From a candidate division WOR-3 bacterium (lineage in GTDB: Bacteria; Hydrothermota; Hydrothermia; LBFQ01), in NCBI GenBank assembly GCA_039802605.1, contig JBDRWW010000008.1, forward strand, positions 6,108 to 70,107: a stretch of 64,000 nucleotides of DNA, written 5' to 3'. The notes beneath the pieces are model-generated. The model saw only the letters and a program-made list of their open reading frames with translations, did no database searches and was not told the origin of the DNA. Of the stretch, positions 9,389-19,897 are shown one piece after another. The position numbers and the translations under genes were made by a program. The stretch's first letter is position 1. Each line of letters opens with the position of its first letter.

Positions 9389-10350
9389 AACTCCGATTTA
9401 AACATATCCAAAAACCTTTTGTCGTTCTCGTAAAACATCCTTATGTCTTCAATGCCGTATTTTACCATTGCAAACCTTTCAACGCCTATGCCAAAGGCAT
9501 ACCCCGTCCATTCATCCGGGTTTATTCCAACATTTTCTAAAACCTTTGGATGAACCATACCACAGCCCAACATCTCTAACCACTTACCCTTATAAAAAAC
9601 ATGAACCTCCATAGAGGGCTCCGTAAATGGAAAATATGAAGGTGCAAACTTTACCTTTGTTCCCTCACCGAATAACTTTTCAACAACCCTCTCGATGACC
9701 CATTTCAAATCCCCAACGCCGAGATTCCTATCAACCGCCAAACCCTCTATTTGATGGAATACGGGGGAATGCGTTGAATCAAAATCATCCGCCCTGAAAA
9801 CCTTCCCAAAAGTTGCGGCCTTTAAAGGCGGTTTGTTTTTAAGCATATACCTTATTTGAAATGGGGAGGTGTGTGTTCTTAACATTTTTCCATAATTTAA
9901 ATATAAGGACTGCTGCATATCCCTTGCCGGGTGGTATTTGGGGATGTTTAGCATTTCAAAGTTAAATTTCTCATCTTCAACCTCTGGGCTGTCTTGAATA
10001 TCAAACCCCATACTTTCAAGGACTCCGAGGATCTCCTTAGCCACCAAAAATATGGGATGGAATGCCCCCAAACCCCTATAAGGCTTTCCGGGAACGGTTG
10101 GGTCAAAAGGTTCTATTACATCCAATAGTTCTTCCCTTTTATCCTCAAAAGCCTTTTCAATCCTCTCCCTTAGTTCGTTTAACTCCTTACCTTTAATCCT
10201 CTTTTCCTCCGGTGATAAATCCTTTAAACCTTCAAGGAGTTTTTTAACCTTACCTTTCCTCCCCAAATATTCCGCCTTTAAAGAATCAAGTTCTGCGAGG
10301 GTTTTTACGGATTTTAACCTTTCTATAACCTCGTTATAGAGGTCGTTCAT
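9385..10350 (-). CDS. pheS: Phenylalanine--tRNA ligase alpha subunit.
   Basis: [18 protein letters not shown], the class II aaRS motifs and the [11 protein letters not shown]-terminus. Confidence 0.92.
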   Translation of the reverse strand: MNDLYNEVIERLKSVKTLAELDSLKAEYLGRKGKVKKLLEGLKDLSPEEKRIKGKELNELRERIEKAFEDKREELLDVIEPFDPTVPGKPYRGLGAFHPIFLVAKEILGVLESMGFDIQDSPEVEDEKFNFEMLNIPKYHPARDMQQSLYLNYGKMLRTHTSPFQIRYMLKNKPPLKAATFGKVFRADDFDSTHSPVFHQIEGLAVDRNLGVGDLKWVIERVVEKLFGEGTKVKFAPSYFPFTEPSMEVHVFYKGKWLEMLGCGMVHPKVLENVGINPDEWTGYAFGIGVERFAMVKYGIEDIRMFYENDKRFLDMFKSEF

Positions 10351-10697
10351 AGGTGTTCTTTTGCCTTTTCCACCAATTGCTCAAAAACCTTTGGTTCATA
10401 ATATGCTATATAAGCCAAAACCTTCCTATCAAGTTCAACACCCGCCTTCTTCAAGCCGTATATAAACCTTGAATAGTTTAAACCGTATTGCCTGCAAGCG
10501 GCGTTTATCCTCTGTATCCACAACCTACGGAATTCCCTCTTTTTCCTCTTTCTATCAACATAGGCATGCCTCAAAGCCTTTAAAACCGTTTCTTTTGCGT
10601 TCTTAAACCTCCGTGAATTAACACCCCAATAACCCTTGGCCAAACTTAACCAAAATTTATGCCTTTCTTGTCTATACTTTCCGGTCTTTACTCTCAT
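10347..10697 (-). CDS. rplT: Ribosomal protein L20.
   Basis: [24 protein letters not shown] is an L20 signature. No rpmI or infC lies upstream in the window. Confidence 0.92.
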   Translation of the reverse strand: MRVKTGKYRQERHKFWLSLAKGYWGVNSRRFKNAKETVLKALRHAYVDRKRKKREFRRLWIQRINAACRQYGLNYSRFIYGLKKAGVELDRKVLAYIAYYEPKVFEQLVEKAKEHL

Positions 10698-10756
10698 AGT
10701 TGGGAATTCTACTCCCGATTTGTTTGTTTGTGGGTGGAGATATTGAGGGCGGAAAG

Positions 10757-10808
10757 CTTTTCAACATTATAATGCCTTCCTATGGTAATGTTAATAGATG
10801 TTGAAAAG
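10757..10808. promoter_or_regulatory. 11-bp perfect inverted repeat (CTTTTCAACAT ... ATGTTGAAAAG) with a 30-nt spacer containing TATAATG.
   Basis: Seen directly in the 198-nt intergenic region upstream of the 604-aa methyltransferase gene. Confidence 0.4.
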
Positions 10809-10895
10809 GCAGTTTATTCTGGATTATCAGATATTGTTGTTCTTCACAGAGATCGAAAGCATCTTTAAATTAGAAGGGAGCACGAGCACAAAGCC

Positions 10896-12710
10896 ATGAA
10901 TAAAATAACGGTTTTGGGAAAAATCAAGTTTGATTTAAGAGATCCCGATGAGGCATATCTTGCCCAACACGAGTTATCCGCAATTTTAGATACAGAAGTG
11001 ATTCCCGTAAAAACCATCCCGGCGCTCTTTAAAAATTATCCGTTCAACAAGTTAAATGACGATATAATTCACATAATCACCCGCCATCTATATCTCGGTG
11101 AAATACAGGGATACATAGCGGAAGTTAATACCGTTGATGCCAACAAATTGATATTACAGCCTGCCCTTTTTAAGGAAATATATCTCCTAATAGAAACCGA
11201 TAAGGATGAAGGAGAAATTAAACAAATTCTTTCCCTTTCCAATGAAAATTTATACCAGCTGTTTACATCTCGGTTAGAAGATGGTAAAAAGATTATTGTA
11301 GTAAGATTACTGCCTATACAAACCATATTTGAGTATGTCACAGATGTAAAAAAGTTGCCCGCTGTGGCTATTACTCCCAAAAAATCTAAAAACTGGGATG
11401 AGTATTTTGCTGAAAAAGAGGAGGGTATAGAAAGGGGTTTAGATGAACTATTAGAGCATCTAAGGAATAACCATTTCCGTGCACCGCATCTTGGATTGGG
11501 GAAAAGACATATTGGTGATTTTATAGATTGGGCATCTACGGATTTAAGAAAACCTTTCCTACATTACCTACATAAGTATAAGGGAAAGGGAGATCCAAGA
11601 ATATCCAGGGCTTTGATAAATTTGTTAAAAGTAAAAAAAGGTGATACGATTTTGGACCCTTTTGCGGGTTCAGGTGCTTTTATAGCGGATGCTCCAACAA
11701 TGGGTTTAAACGCTATTGGTGTTGAAATCCTGAAAATCGGGAAGATTATTTCGTATGTAAAATGCGATTTGAATTATAATATGTCGGAACTAAGAAAAGA
11801 AATAGTAAATCTTTTTTCAAAGGTTGATAGAACCGGGCAAGATTTGTTTGGATCTAACCTTGACGAGGATATAGAAAAAGTTAGAACAAAATTGAGAAAA
11901 CACGCAGGAGAAACGGCATATTTTAGAAATATCTTCCCACACTTACAGAAGATAATATATTTGAAAAATGAAATAGAACGGATACAGAATAAAAAAATCA
12001 GGGATTTTCTCCTTGTTTTGCTTAGTCAAAAAATCGTAGAATTTTCCGAGAAAAAGTATTCCAATAATTTCGTCGCCTCCTTTCAAAGTTATGTTGAAGA
12101 TAGATACCTTACCTTATACGCCACTTTGAAATTGGCAGAGAAATTAGGTGTAAATATAAACGATGGAAAGGTGAATATAATAAGAGGCGATTCAACTCGG
12201 ATGGATTTTATAGAAGATAATTCCATAGATGGAATATTGACTTCGCCTCCCTATTTTGACGCCTTGGATTATATTGGAAACAACATTATCTCAATAATCA
12301 TACTGGGATTTGATGATGACCTGAATTTTGGTTCAACCAAAGATTATTACTCAAAATTTGAAAAATACGATTTAAATATGCCAGAATCAAGCAAAGACCT
12401 AATCAACCTGCTTAAAAAATCCAAAAGATCTACAAAAGCCGAAATAGTGGAAAATTATCTCAAAATGATGAAATTGTCTTTTAGAGAATGTTACAGGGTT
12501 CTAAAACCTAAAAAATTCTATGCAATGGTGGTTAGCAAATATCATAGTTGGGTTATAAACGGAGAAGAACGAAAAATAGAGACATCAAAGGTTTTGGCCG
12601 ATTTGGGATTATCCGAAGGCTTTAAATTGGTTGGGATAATCCAACATGGCTTATCAAAGGCGGATAAGGGGAAAATAAATATAGAAGATATATTGATATT
12701 TCAAAAATGA
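10896..12710 (+). CDS. SAM-dependent N6/N4 (or N2-guanine) methyltransferase with an unknown ~250-aa N-terminal domain.
   Basis: Motif I is DPFAGSGAFIADA at about aa 260. A (D/N/S)PPY-type motif IV, ILTSPPYFDALDY, is at about aa 449, giving the I->TRD->IV order. A post-motif LKPKKFYAMVV segment follows. The gene is AT-richer than its neighbours. Confidence 0.55.
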   Translation: MNKITVLGKIKFDLRDPDEAYLAQHELSAILDTEVIPVKTIPALFKNYPFNKLNDDIIHIITRHLYLGEIQGYIAEVNTVDANKLILQPALFKEIYLLIETDKDEGEIKQILSLSNENLYQLFTSRLEDGKKIIVVRLLPIQTIFEYVTDVKKLPAVAITPKKSKNWDEYFAEKEEGIERGLDELLEHLRNNHFRAPHLGLGKRHIGDFIDWASTDLRKPFLHYLHKYKGKGDPRISRALINLLKVKKGDTILDPFAGSGAFIADAPTMGLNAIGVEILKIGKIISYVKCDLNYNMSELRKEIVNLFSKVDRTGQDLFGSNLDEDIEKVRTKLRKHAGETAYFRNIFPHLQKIIYLKNEIERIQNKKIRDFLLVLLSQKIVEFSEKKYSNNFVASFQSYVEDRYLTLYATLKLAEKLGVNINDGKVNIIRGDSTRMDFIEDNSIDGILTSPPYFDALDYIGNNIISIIILGFDDDLNFGSTKDYYSKFEKYDLNMPESSKDLINLLKKSKRSTKAEIVENYLKMMKLSFRECYRVLKPKKFYAMVVSKYHSWVINGEERKIETSKVLADLGLSEGFKLVGIIQHGLSKADKGKINIEDILIFQK

Positions 12711-12779
12711 ACGAAAACAAATCTGTTATTCAAACGGTAGGCCTGTAAAGAGGTTATTATAGTGTTTTGATTTTATCCT

Positions 12780-12986
12780 TTGGTTTCACCCTTAAAATAT
12801 CCATTTATGGGAAACATTATAGGGTATTTGATAATAGCGCTTTTGGGGGTGTTGGTTTGGGGGCATAACTGGGGTGTTAAAATAATAGATGTTGGTAGGG
12901 ATTGGCCCGTCGTGCTTATATTGGTGGGTGTATGGGGGATAATAAGGGAAATTTTTAAAAACCGTAAATCTCCCCCAAAACCTTAA
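12780..12986 (+). CDS. Small two-TM membrane protein (hypothetical).
   Basis: A 68-aa ORF with two hydrophobic helices. It could be spurious. Confidence 0.3.
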   Translation: MVSPLKYPFMGNIIGYLIIALLGVLVWGHNWGVKIIDVGRDWPVVLILVGVWGIIREIFKNRKSPPKP

Positions 12987-14034
12987 CTATCCTCTTTGCG
13001 GTTTTACCATCCCATAAAGGTATCTCCGTATTTTTAAACTTACCGAACTTTCTTTCAACCGCACCCGGTAAATCTTTTAGATTTTCCACGAGTTCGTTTG
13101 TTCCGAGTTTTATGGTTATAGGCCTTTCGGTGTTTGGCCTAAGGGTTATACAAGGTATCCCCAAAAAGGATGTCTCCTCCTGAATCCCTCCGGAATCCGT
13201 TATAACTAGCCCGGCACCCAGCATAAGGGATAAAAATTCAGTATATCTTAAAGGCTGAACGGTTGTAAATTTGGGTTTTAAACCCAATTCTTCAAGGTTT
13301 TTCCGCGTTCTCGGGTGTACGGGTAATATTATTGGGAATTTTTTTGAAATTTCGTTAAAGGTATGAACAATTTCCTTCAACCTATCGGGATTATCGACAT
13401 TTGAAGGCCTATGTAATGTTGAGACTATATAATAACCCCTTTCAAGTCCAAAACTTTCCCATACCTTTAAACTTTCCGCCCTAGGCAAAGCGTGTATGAG
13501 GCTGTCTATCATTATATTGCCCACCGTGAAAATCCCTTTTGGATCCTTTCCCTCTTTTAAAAGGTTTTCCGTGGCATCATAAGAAGGTGAAAATAGGTAA
13601 TCGGAAAGTGCATCCGTCGTTATCCTATTAATCTCCTCGGGCATACTCCAATCCCCACTCCTCAAACCCGCCTCAACATGGGCCAACCTTAAGCCCAAAT
13701 GCTTTGCCGAAACCGATAGGGCTAAGGTTGAATTAACATCCCCAAAAACCACAACAAGATCCGGTTTTAAATCCTTTAAAACATTTTCCGAAAGGGAAAT
13801 AATCTTTGAAATCTGCTGAACATTCGTATCGGAACCCACACCCAAATATATATCCGGTTTAGGTAGGTTAAAGTCCTCAAAAAAAGCCTGCGATAGCTCG
13901 TAATCGTAATGCTGACCCGTATGCAATATAATGGGGTTTATACCCCTATCCTTTAAGGTATAATAAAGGGGAAAGAGTTTTACAAAATTTGGCCTTGCAC
14001 CCGCAACCAATAAAACTTTAAAATTCGTATTCAT
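12955..14034 (-). CDS. wecB: UDP-N-acetylglucosamine 2-epimerase (non-hydrolysing).
   Basis: NFVKLFPLYYTLKDRGINPIILHTGQHYDYELSQAFFEDFNLPKPDIYLGVGS. The start is placed at the internal MNTNFK, so the ORF-track N-extension is rejected. Confidence 0.85.
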   Translation of the reverse strand: MNTNFKVLLVAGARPNFVKLFPLYYTLKDRGINPIILHTGQHYDYELSQAFFEDFNLPKPDIYLGVGSDTNVQQISKIISLSENVLKDLKPDLVVVFGDVNSTLALSVSAKHLGLRLAHVEAGLRSGDWSMPEEINRITTDALSDYLFSPSYDATENLLKEGKDPKGIFTVGNIMIDSLIHALPRAESLKVWESFGLERGYYIVSTLHRPSNVDNPDRLKEIVHTFNEISKKFPIILPVHPRTRKNLEELGLKPKFTTVQPLRYTEFLSLMLGAGLVITDSGGIQEETSFLGIPCITLRPNTERPITIKLGTNELVENLKDLPGAVERKFGKFKNTEIPLWDGKTAKRIVKVLGEIYGF

Positions 14035-15322
14035 CGTACAAATTGGGTAATAAAACCGTTTTTCCCTTAAAGTTCTCCCGTAAGGATTCCCTCGCCTCGT
14101 CTTCACCATGCACCAATATCAAAACATCCGGGTTGGCCACTTTTATCCATTCAACCAAATCATCCTTACCCGCATGCGATGAAAATCCGTTAATGGTATA
14201 GATTTTTATATTCACATCGTACCAATTTCCCAAGATATAAACTTTCTTCTCGCCATCCAATATTCCCCTTCCCAATGTACCCTTTGCCTGATAACCCACA
14301 AAAATCAAGGAGTTGTTTGGATCTTCTATCATATGCTTTAAATGGTGTATAGCCCTTCCCCCCGTTAGCATTCCCGAACCCGCCAATATTACCAAACCCG
14401 TGCTTATACCGTTAAGCCTTTTTGATTCTTCGACGGTTTTTGTGATGAGGAGGTTTTTCATTTTAAAGGGATTTCCCCGTTTTACCATTTCCCCCATCTC
14501 TTCGTCGTAGCATTCCGGAAACCTTAGGAACTCTTCCAGAATCCTTTCGGCCAACGGACTATCAAGGACGACCTTCCACTCAGATGGCCATAAAAGATTA
14601 TCCTCCCAAAGTTTGAAAATATAGAGTATTTCCTGCGCCCTTTCAAGGGCAAATGTGGGTATTAGAACCTTTCCATAAGGTAAGGTTTCAAAAATTGCCT
14701 TTTTCAATTCTTCTATGGACTCCTTTATCGGCTTGTGATTTCTATTACCGTATGTTGATTCGCATATAAGTATATCCGTTTTGTCGGGCGGTGAAGGGTC
14801 TCTTATTATGGGCTTGTTTTTATTCCCCAAATCACCGGAAAAGGTAAATCTTTTACCCTTATACTCAAACTCGTAAAATGCCGAACCGAGAATATGACCG
14901 GCATCCTTAACCCTAAACCTTAAACCGTCTATCTCGTATTCCCGGTTATATTCAACGAATTTTACGGGTAATTGCAAAGTCTTTTCCAAATCCTCTAAGG
15001 AATAAAGGGGATTGTCCTTGTCCATAACCTCATAAGCATCCGATAATATATGCCGAACCAACGACCATGTGGCCCTATGGGTGATAACTTCACCCTTAAA
15101 ACCGTTTTTTACGAGAACGGGCAACCTCCCAACATGGTCAAGGTGGGAGTGTGTTAAAAATATGTATCCTATTTCTTCAATACCTTCGGGAACCTCAGTA
15201 TTTTTTTCCTCGTAATCACCCTGAAAATAACCCGCATCTACTAAGAACCTTTTTTTATCAATTTCAACCATATGCATTGAGCCCGTAACGCAACCGGCCG
15301 CACCGTAAAACCCGATTTTCAT
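14018..15322 (-). CDS. MBL-fold metallo-hydrolase, beta-CASP family (RNase J/CPSF-like).
   Basis: HSHLDHVGRLP is the HxHxDH motif. The C-terminal FSSHAGKDDLVEW beta-CASP motifs are present. Confidence 0.7.
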   Translation of the reverse strand: MKIGFYGAAGCVTGSMHMVEIDKKRFLVDAGYFQGDYEEKNTEVPEGIEEIGYIFLTHSHLDHVGRLPVLVKNGFKGEVITHRATWSLVRHILSDAYEVMDKDNPLYSLEDLEKTLQLPVKFVEYNREYEIDGLRFRVKDAGHILGSAFYEFEYKGKRFTFSGDLGNKNKPIIRDPSPPDKTDILICESTYGNRNHKPIKESIEELKKAIFETLPYGKVLIPTFALERAQEILYIFKLWEDNLLWPSEWKVVLDSPLAERILEEFLRFPECYDEEMGEMVKRGNPFKMKNLLITKTVEESKRLNGISTGLVILAGSGMLTGGRAIHHLKHMIEDPNNSLIFVGYQAKGTLGRGILDGEKKVYILGNWYDVNIKIYTINGFSSHAGKDDLVEWIKVANPDVLILVHGEDEARESLRENFKGKTVLLPNLYDEYEF

Positions 15323-16434
15323 ATTTTACCATTTATTATTTCTTCCGCCCTTTTCCTCGCCCAATCATCCGCCTCCAAATACTCGGAAAATTTCTTTGCG
15401 TTTTTAAAGGGGTTTTCCTCCATTACCCTTTCAACCACATCCGTTATCCCGTAAAAACCTATCTTCCCTTCCAAAAAGGAATACACCGCAACCTCGTTTG
15501 CGGCGTTCAAAACGGCGGGATATGTTCCCCCCAATCGTAAGGCCTTGTAGGCCAAATCCAAAGCTGGGAACTTTTCCTTATCAACGGGTAATAGTTCAAG
15601 GTTCCCGTAATCAAAAGGTTCAATCTGTGTTTCAACCCTTTCGGGATATGTTATAGCGTACTGTATTGGTATTCTCATATCGGGTTTGCTTGCGTGGATT
15701 TTTAAGGAGTTGTCCCTCAACAAAAGTATGGCGTGTATCACCGATTGGGGGTGTATTCTTACATCTATTTCTTCGGGCGATAGGTCAAATAAAAAGTGGG
15801 CTTCTATCAATTCAAGGCCTTTGTTCATAAGGGTTGCGGAATCTACGGTTATCTTTTTACCCATTTTCCAAGTTGGGTGTTTTAGAGCATCTTCCGGTTT
15901 TGCCCTTTCTATTTCTTCCCTTTTCCAATCCCTAAAAGGCCCACCCGATGCGGTTAATATCAGTTTTTTAACCTCATCCCTCTTTACGCCTTGAAACAAC
16001 TGAAATGCGGATGAATGTTCCGAATCCACGGGTATAAGTTCCCCAAATTTTACCACTTCCTTAACAAAAGGGCCAAAAGAAACCAATGTCTCCTTGTTTG
16101 CGAGGGCAACCCTTTTCCCGGATTTTAAAGCCTCTATCGTTGGGAAAACCCCAATTGTTCCGTTTGTGGCAACTACAACAACATCCGCATCCGGAAGCGT
16201 TGAAATCTCAATTAAACCATCTTTACCGTAATAAACCTCCACACCCGAAGGGGGTTCGGCCTTTCCCGTAATGGCTACCTTCTTCACGCCGAATTCTTTA
16301 ACTATTTCCGCCAAGGTTTGGGTGTTGTCATGAACGGATACGGCTAAGAGGTTTAGGTTTAGCTTTCTTATAACATCTAAGGTTTGCCTACCTATGGAAC
16401 CGGAAGCCCCGAGTAATACTATGTTTTTACGCAT
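15319..16434 (-). CDS. dxr: 1-deoxy-D-xylulose-5-phosphate reductoisomerase.
   Basis: LLGASGSIGRQTLDV is the N-terminal NADPH motif. Dxr family architecture. Confidence 0.9.
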   Translation of the reverse strand: MRKNIVLLGASGSIGRQTLDVIRKLNLNLLAVSVHDNTQTLAEIVKEFGVKKVAITGKAEPPSGVEVYYGKDGLIEISTLPDADVVVVATNGTIGVFPTIEALKSGKRVALANKETLVSFGPFVKEVVKFGELIPVDSEHSSAFQLFQGVKRDEVKKLILTASGGPFRDWKREEIERAKPEDALKHPTWKMGKKITVDSATLMNKGLELIEAHFLFDLSPEEIDVRIHPQSVIHAILLLRDNSLKIHASKPDMRIPIQYAITYPERVETQIEPFDYGNLELLPVDKEKFPALDLAYKALRLGGTYPAVLNAANEVAVYSFLEGKIGFYGITDVVERVMEENPFKNAKKFSEYLEADDWARKRAEEIINGKI

Positions 16435-18152
16435 ATACCCAATTCCTTTAACTGCTCCTCGCTTACCTCGGATGGTGCGTTTTCAAACAAAGCAACACCG
16501 TTTGCGCTTTTTGGGAAAAGTATAACTTCCCTAATGGATTCCTCACCTGCGCACATAGCAACCATCCTGTCTATTCCGAGGGCTATGCCGCCGTGGGGTG
16601 GAGCACCCATTTCAAGGGAATACATTAAAAACCCAAACCTCTCGTTTATATCCTCGTCCTTCAAACCTATAATCCTCAAAAGCCTCCTCTGTAAATCCGC
16701 ATTATGAACCCTTATTGATCCGGAACCCAATTCAACGCCGTTTATAACCAAATCGTACTGCTTCCCCCGAATTTTTAGCGTCAATTCCTCTAATTCTTCC
16801 GTACTTCCCGTCTTAATCGCGTTTTCAACCCTTTCAAGTAGTTGCAAATCTTCCTCATAAGGGGAGGTAAATATGTGGTGTGCGGGTTCTATCACGTTTT
16901 CCTCTTTGTTCCAATAGAATAATGGGAAATCCACAACCCAAAGCCCAGCCCAATGCCGTTTCTTCTCCAAAAACTCCTTACAAATTATATTCCTGAAATC
17001 TCCCAAACCTTCCAAAAATTCCAATCCCTTGCCCGCAAAGACAAAAAGGGTTTTACCATCGTTTTCCCGGATTTCCTCCTCGTTTAAAAACTTGGAGAAG
17101 TTTCCCGAAGCCTTACCATTTTCAATTTTCGCATACATAAACCTAAAATCTTCCAATAGTTTGTCTATTCTGCTTCTCGGAATGTTGGAGGGAACCCTCA
17201 AAACCTTCACCTTTCCACCGCTTTCTATAATGCTTTCAAAAACCCTTATCCCCCTCCCCTTTACCCTTTCCGTCCAATCCTCGTATTCAACATCATACCT
17301 CAAATCCGGCTTGTCCGACCCGTATTTTTCCATACTATCAAGATATGTTATAACCGGCAATGGGGACTTTAAATCCGCATTGCCAAACCTATTAAAAACC
17401 TCTACTACCAGCGGCTCAACGGTTTTTATAACATCGTATATTTCCGAAACAAAGGACATTTCAACATCCAACTGAGTAAATTCGTATTGCCTATCCGCCC
17501 TTAAATCCTCATCCCTAAAACACCTCGCTATTTGGAAATACTTGTCAAAGCCGGCGGCCATTAAAACCTGTTTATATAGCTGTGGTGATTGTGGCAATGC
17601 GTAAAATTTACCCTTATGCAGCCTTGAAGGTACCAAAAAATCCCTCGCCCCTTCCGGTGTGCTCTTTGTAAGTATCGGTGTTTCCATTTCTATAAATCCA
17701 AGGTTTGCCATATAATTCCTTATAAACAGGATGATCTCGTGCCTCAGGATTATATTTCTTTGCATCTTAGGCCTTCTCAGGTCTATAACCCTATGCCTTA
17801 ACCTAGTATCCTCATGTACATCAATTTTATCCTCGGGTAAAAAGGGTAGGGGTTTTGTGGTATTTAAAACCTCCCAGTTCAATGCATATATTTCAACATC
17901 ACCGCTTTTCATTTTTGGATTTACTTCTTCCGTAGGCCTTTTCCTAACCTCACCCTCAACCTTCAACACATAGCCCAATGCAACATTTGGCCTTTTCCCC
18001 TCAAAAACTACCTGAACATCTCCGTACCTATCCCTCAAAACCACAAAGTTTAACTTACCTATTTCCCTTAAAGATACCACCCATCCCGCCACAACAACCC
18101 TTTTGCCAACCAATTCCCCATTTATCTCTCCGCATGTATGGGTTCGGTGCAT
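16419..18152 (-). CDS. aspS: Aspartate--tRNA ligase.
   Basis: MHRTHTCGEIN...VVVAGWVVSLREIG. Class II motifs FRDEDLRADRQYEFTQLD and GGIALGIDRMVAM are present. The start is moved to the internal Met at 18152. Confidence 0.9.
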   Translation of the reverse strand: MHRTHTCGEINGELVGKRVVVAGWVVSLREIGKLNFVVLRDRYGDVQVVFEGKRPNVALGYVLKVEGEVRKRPTEEVNPKMKSGDVEIYALNWEVLNTTKPLPFLPEDKIDVHEDTRLRHRVIDLRRPKMQRNIILRHEIILFIRNYMANLGFIEMETPILTKSTPEGARDFLVPSRLHKGKFYALPQSPQLYKQVLMAAGFDKYFQIARCFRDEDLRADRQYEFTQLDVEMSFVSEIYDVIKTVEPLVVEVFNRFGNADLKSPLPVITYLDSMEKYGSDKPDLRYDVEYEDWTERVKGRGIRVFESIIESGGKVKVLRVPSNIPRSRIDKLLEDFRFMYAKIENGKASGNFSKFLNEEEIRENDGKTLFVFAGKGLEFLEGLGDFRNIICKEFLEKKRHWAGLWVVDFPLFYWNKEENVIEPAHHIFTSPYEEDLQLLERVENAIKTGSTEELEELTLKIRGKQYDLVINGVELGSGSIRVHNADLQRRLLRIIGLKDEDINERFGFLMYSLEMGAPPHGGIALGIDRMVAMCAGEESIREVILFPKSANGVALFENAPSEVSEEQLKELGICVKT

Positions 18153-19242
18153 AAGTAGGAATTGTAAGGAAGACATTCTCCCAACATTTAACCGACTCCT
18201 CAACAAAGGTTTTAACCGCCCAATCCTTTAAAACTTTACCGATTTCAACAACCCTTTCCCTTGATGACAGCAAATCCCTTAACCTTTGAGTTAAACTTTC
18301 AAAGTTTCCACAGTGTAGGTTAAACCTTTCTAAAACCTCCATATTAACATAAAGGGTTAAAACCGGTGTTCCGCATAAAAAGGCCTCTATAATTACATTC
18401 GGTATACCTTCGCTTTCGTAATTAGCGGTATGAACCAAAATCCACGATTCTCCCAAGAGTTTTAAAACCTCCTCCCTTTCCATCTTTCCCAAGAATTTCA
18501 GGTTATCGGGTTTATCCATTATCAATTTTTCGTCTCCGTATCCAACCATTAAAAACTCGTATTCCGGAAATATTTCGGCCAATCTCAAAAATACCCCCGG
18601 ATTTTTGTTCTCATCAAATCTCCCAACCCATATAACCTTCGGTTTTTCGGATTTATCCGGAACATTTTCGGGTAATTCCTGTATATTTTTGCACATCCTA
18701 ACATCCTTCCACCAAAACCTCCTTTCCGCCTTTGCCCTTTGCTCCTCGTTTTGAGCCACAACAACATCACACCCTTCCAACCCTATGTTTATAATAACAT
18801 CAAGTAGCAAACCAAAGGGGAGTAGGTATTTTTTTCTGTTGTAAAGAAACCTTGAAAACTTTAAAAAATCTACCCCCTCCAAGGCATTTGAACTCCAAAC
18901 GAACTTTGAAGATATAAGGATTTTTGACAAAAAGCCAACGAATGTTAAAGAACTCCTGCCCCTTTGGAATACGCACACCGGTTCTAATTCCAAAACCCTT
19001 TTTAAGAATATGGGTATCTTTTGTATTTCAAACCTAGGGTTTGGGAGGTAATGAACCGTTAAACCATCCTCATCCACAACCTTCCAAACCTTACCTTTAT
19101 CGCTTGTTGATACCAAAAGGTGGGTCTCTGCCTTTTTCGAAACAACCCTTGCTATGTTATACACCTGCAAATGCGAACCGGTTATAAAAGCGCTCTTGTC
19201 ATAAGGATGGAAATCCGATAAAAAAACGAACCTACCCCGCAA
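18055..19242 (-). CDS. Glycosyltransferase family 4 (GT-B fold).
   Basis: EGIPNVIIEAFLCGTPVL is the E-x7-E region. The C-terminal tail overlaps aspS by about 98 nt. Confidence 0.75.
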   Translation of the reverse strand: MRGRFVFLSDFHPYDKSAFITGSHLQVYNIARVVSKKAETHLLVSTSDKGKVWKVVDEDGLTVHYLPNPRFEIQKIPIFLKRVLELEPVCVFQRGRSSLTFVGFLSKILISSKFVWSSNALEGVDFLKFSRFLYNRKKYLLPFGLLLDVIINIGLEGCDVVVAQNEEQRAKAERRFWWKDVRMCKNIQELPENVPDKSEKPKVIWVGRFDENKNPGVFLRLAEIFPEYEFLMVGYGDEKLIMDKPDNLKFLGKMEREEVLKLLGESWILVHTANYESEGIPNVIIEAFLCGTPVLTLYVNMEVLERFNLHCGNFESLTQRLRDLLSSRERVVEIGKVLKDWAVKTFVEESVKCWENVFLTIPTYAPNPYMRRDKWGIGWQKGCCGGMGGIFKGNR

Positions 19243-19897
19243 TTTTCCTCTTTATCCTTTTTAAAGTTTGTAAAGGATCTTTATCCTCCGTTATTTCCCT
19301 ACCCAAAACTATAACATCGTCTTTCCTCATCCATTTTAAACTTTCAATTCCTGTGGCAAAATGATGGTCATCCATTTCCCTTTTAATCCTAACACCCGCA
19401 ACCACTAGGTTTAAACCTTTAAAGTTCTTTCTTATATACCTCGCCATTTTCCCCGGAACGACCGCACCCCAAGCACCGGTTTCGGCCGCAAGCCTACACA
19501 GGTTTATAACAACCCCCTTTGCACCCTTTTTAAAGATCCTACCCGCCCAATCCTCCGAAATACTCGTCATTAATGTCACTACGGCTATGTTTAAATCCGG
19601 ACGCTCATCTATTGCCCTTTTTATCATATCGTATCCACCTAAGCCGTTTAGGGTTAGAAGTTCAACTTCGGGAATTTCTTTAAGCGATAGGGACACAACG
19701 GAGGGAATATCGCTTAGTTTTAAATCCAGAAATACTTTAACACCATCCCTTATGAGGGCCTCAACCTCATTTTTCCCCTTCCCCAAATATAAAGGCAGAC
19801 CAACCTTAAACATATCGGCCTCTTCCCTTAAGCTTTCAACAATTTTAATCGCATTCTTCCAATCGTTTGTGTTAAGGGCTATACATATACGGGTCAT
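19232..19897 (-). CDS. pyrF: Orotidine-5'-phosphate decarboxylase.
   Basis: ICIALNTNDW...KVGLPLY...VFLDLKLSDIPSVV matches the DxKxxDIPNT motif. The start is at the internal MTRICIAL. Confidence 0.7.
   Translation of the reverse strand: MTRICIALNTNDWKNAIKIVESLREEADMFKVGLPLYLGKGKNEVEALIRDGVKVFLDLKLSDIPSVVSLSLKEIPEVELLTLNGLGGYDMIKRAIDERPDLNIAVVTLMTSISEDWAGRIFKKGAKGVVINLCRLAAETGAWGAVVPGKMARYIRKNFKGLNLVVAGVRIKREMDDHHFATGIESLKWMRKDDVIVLGREITEDKDPLQTLKRIKRKIAG

Noticed and set aside
10698-10895. A possible rpmI (L35) gene upstream of rplT.
   Set aside because: No ORF of L35 size or signature is present on either strand. The region is intergenic and contains the inverted repeat.
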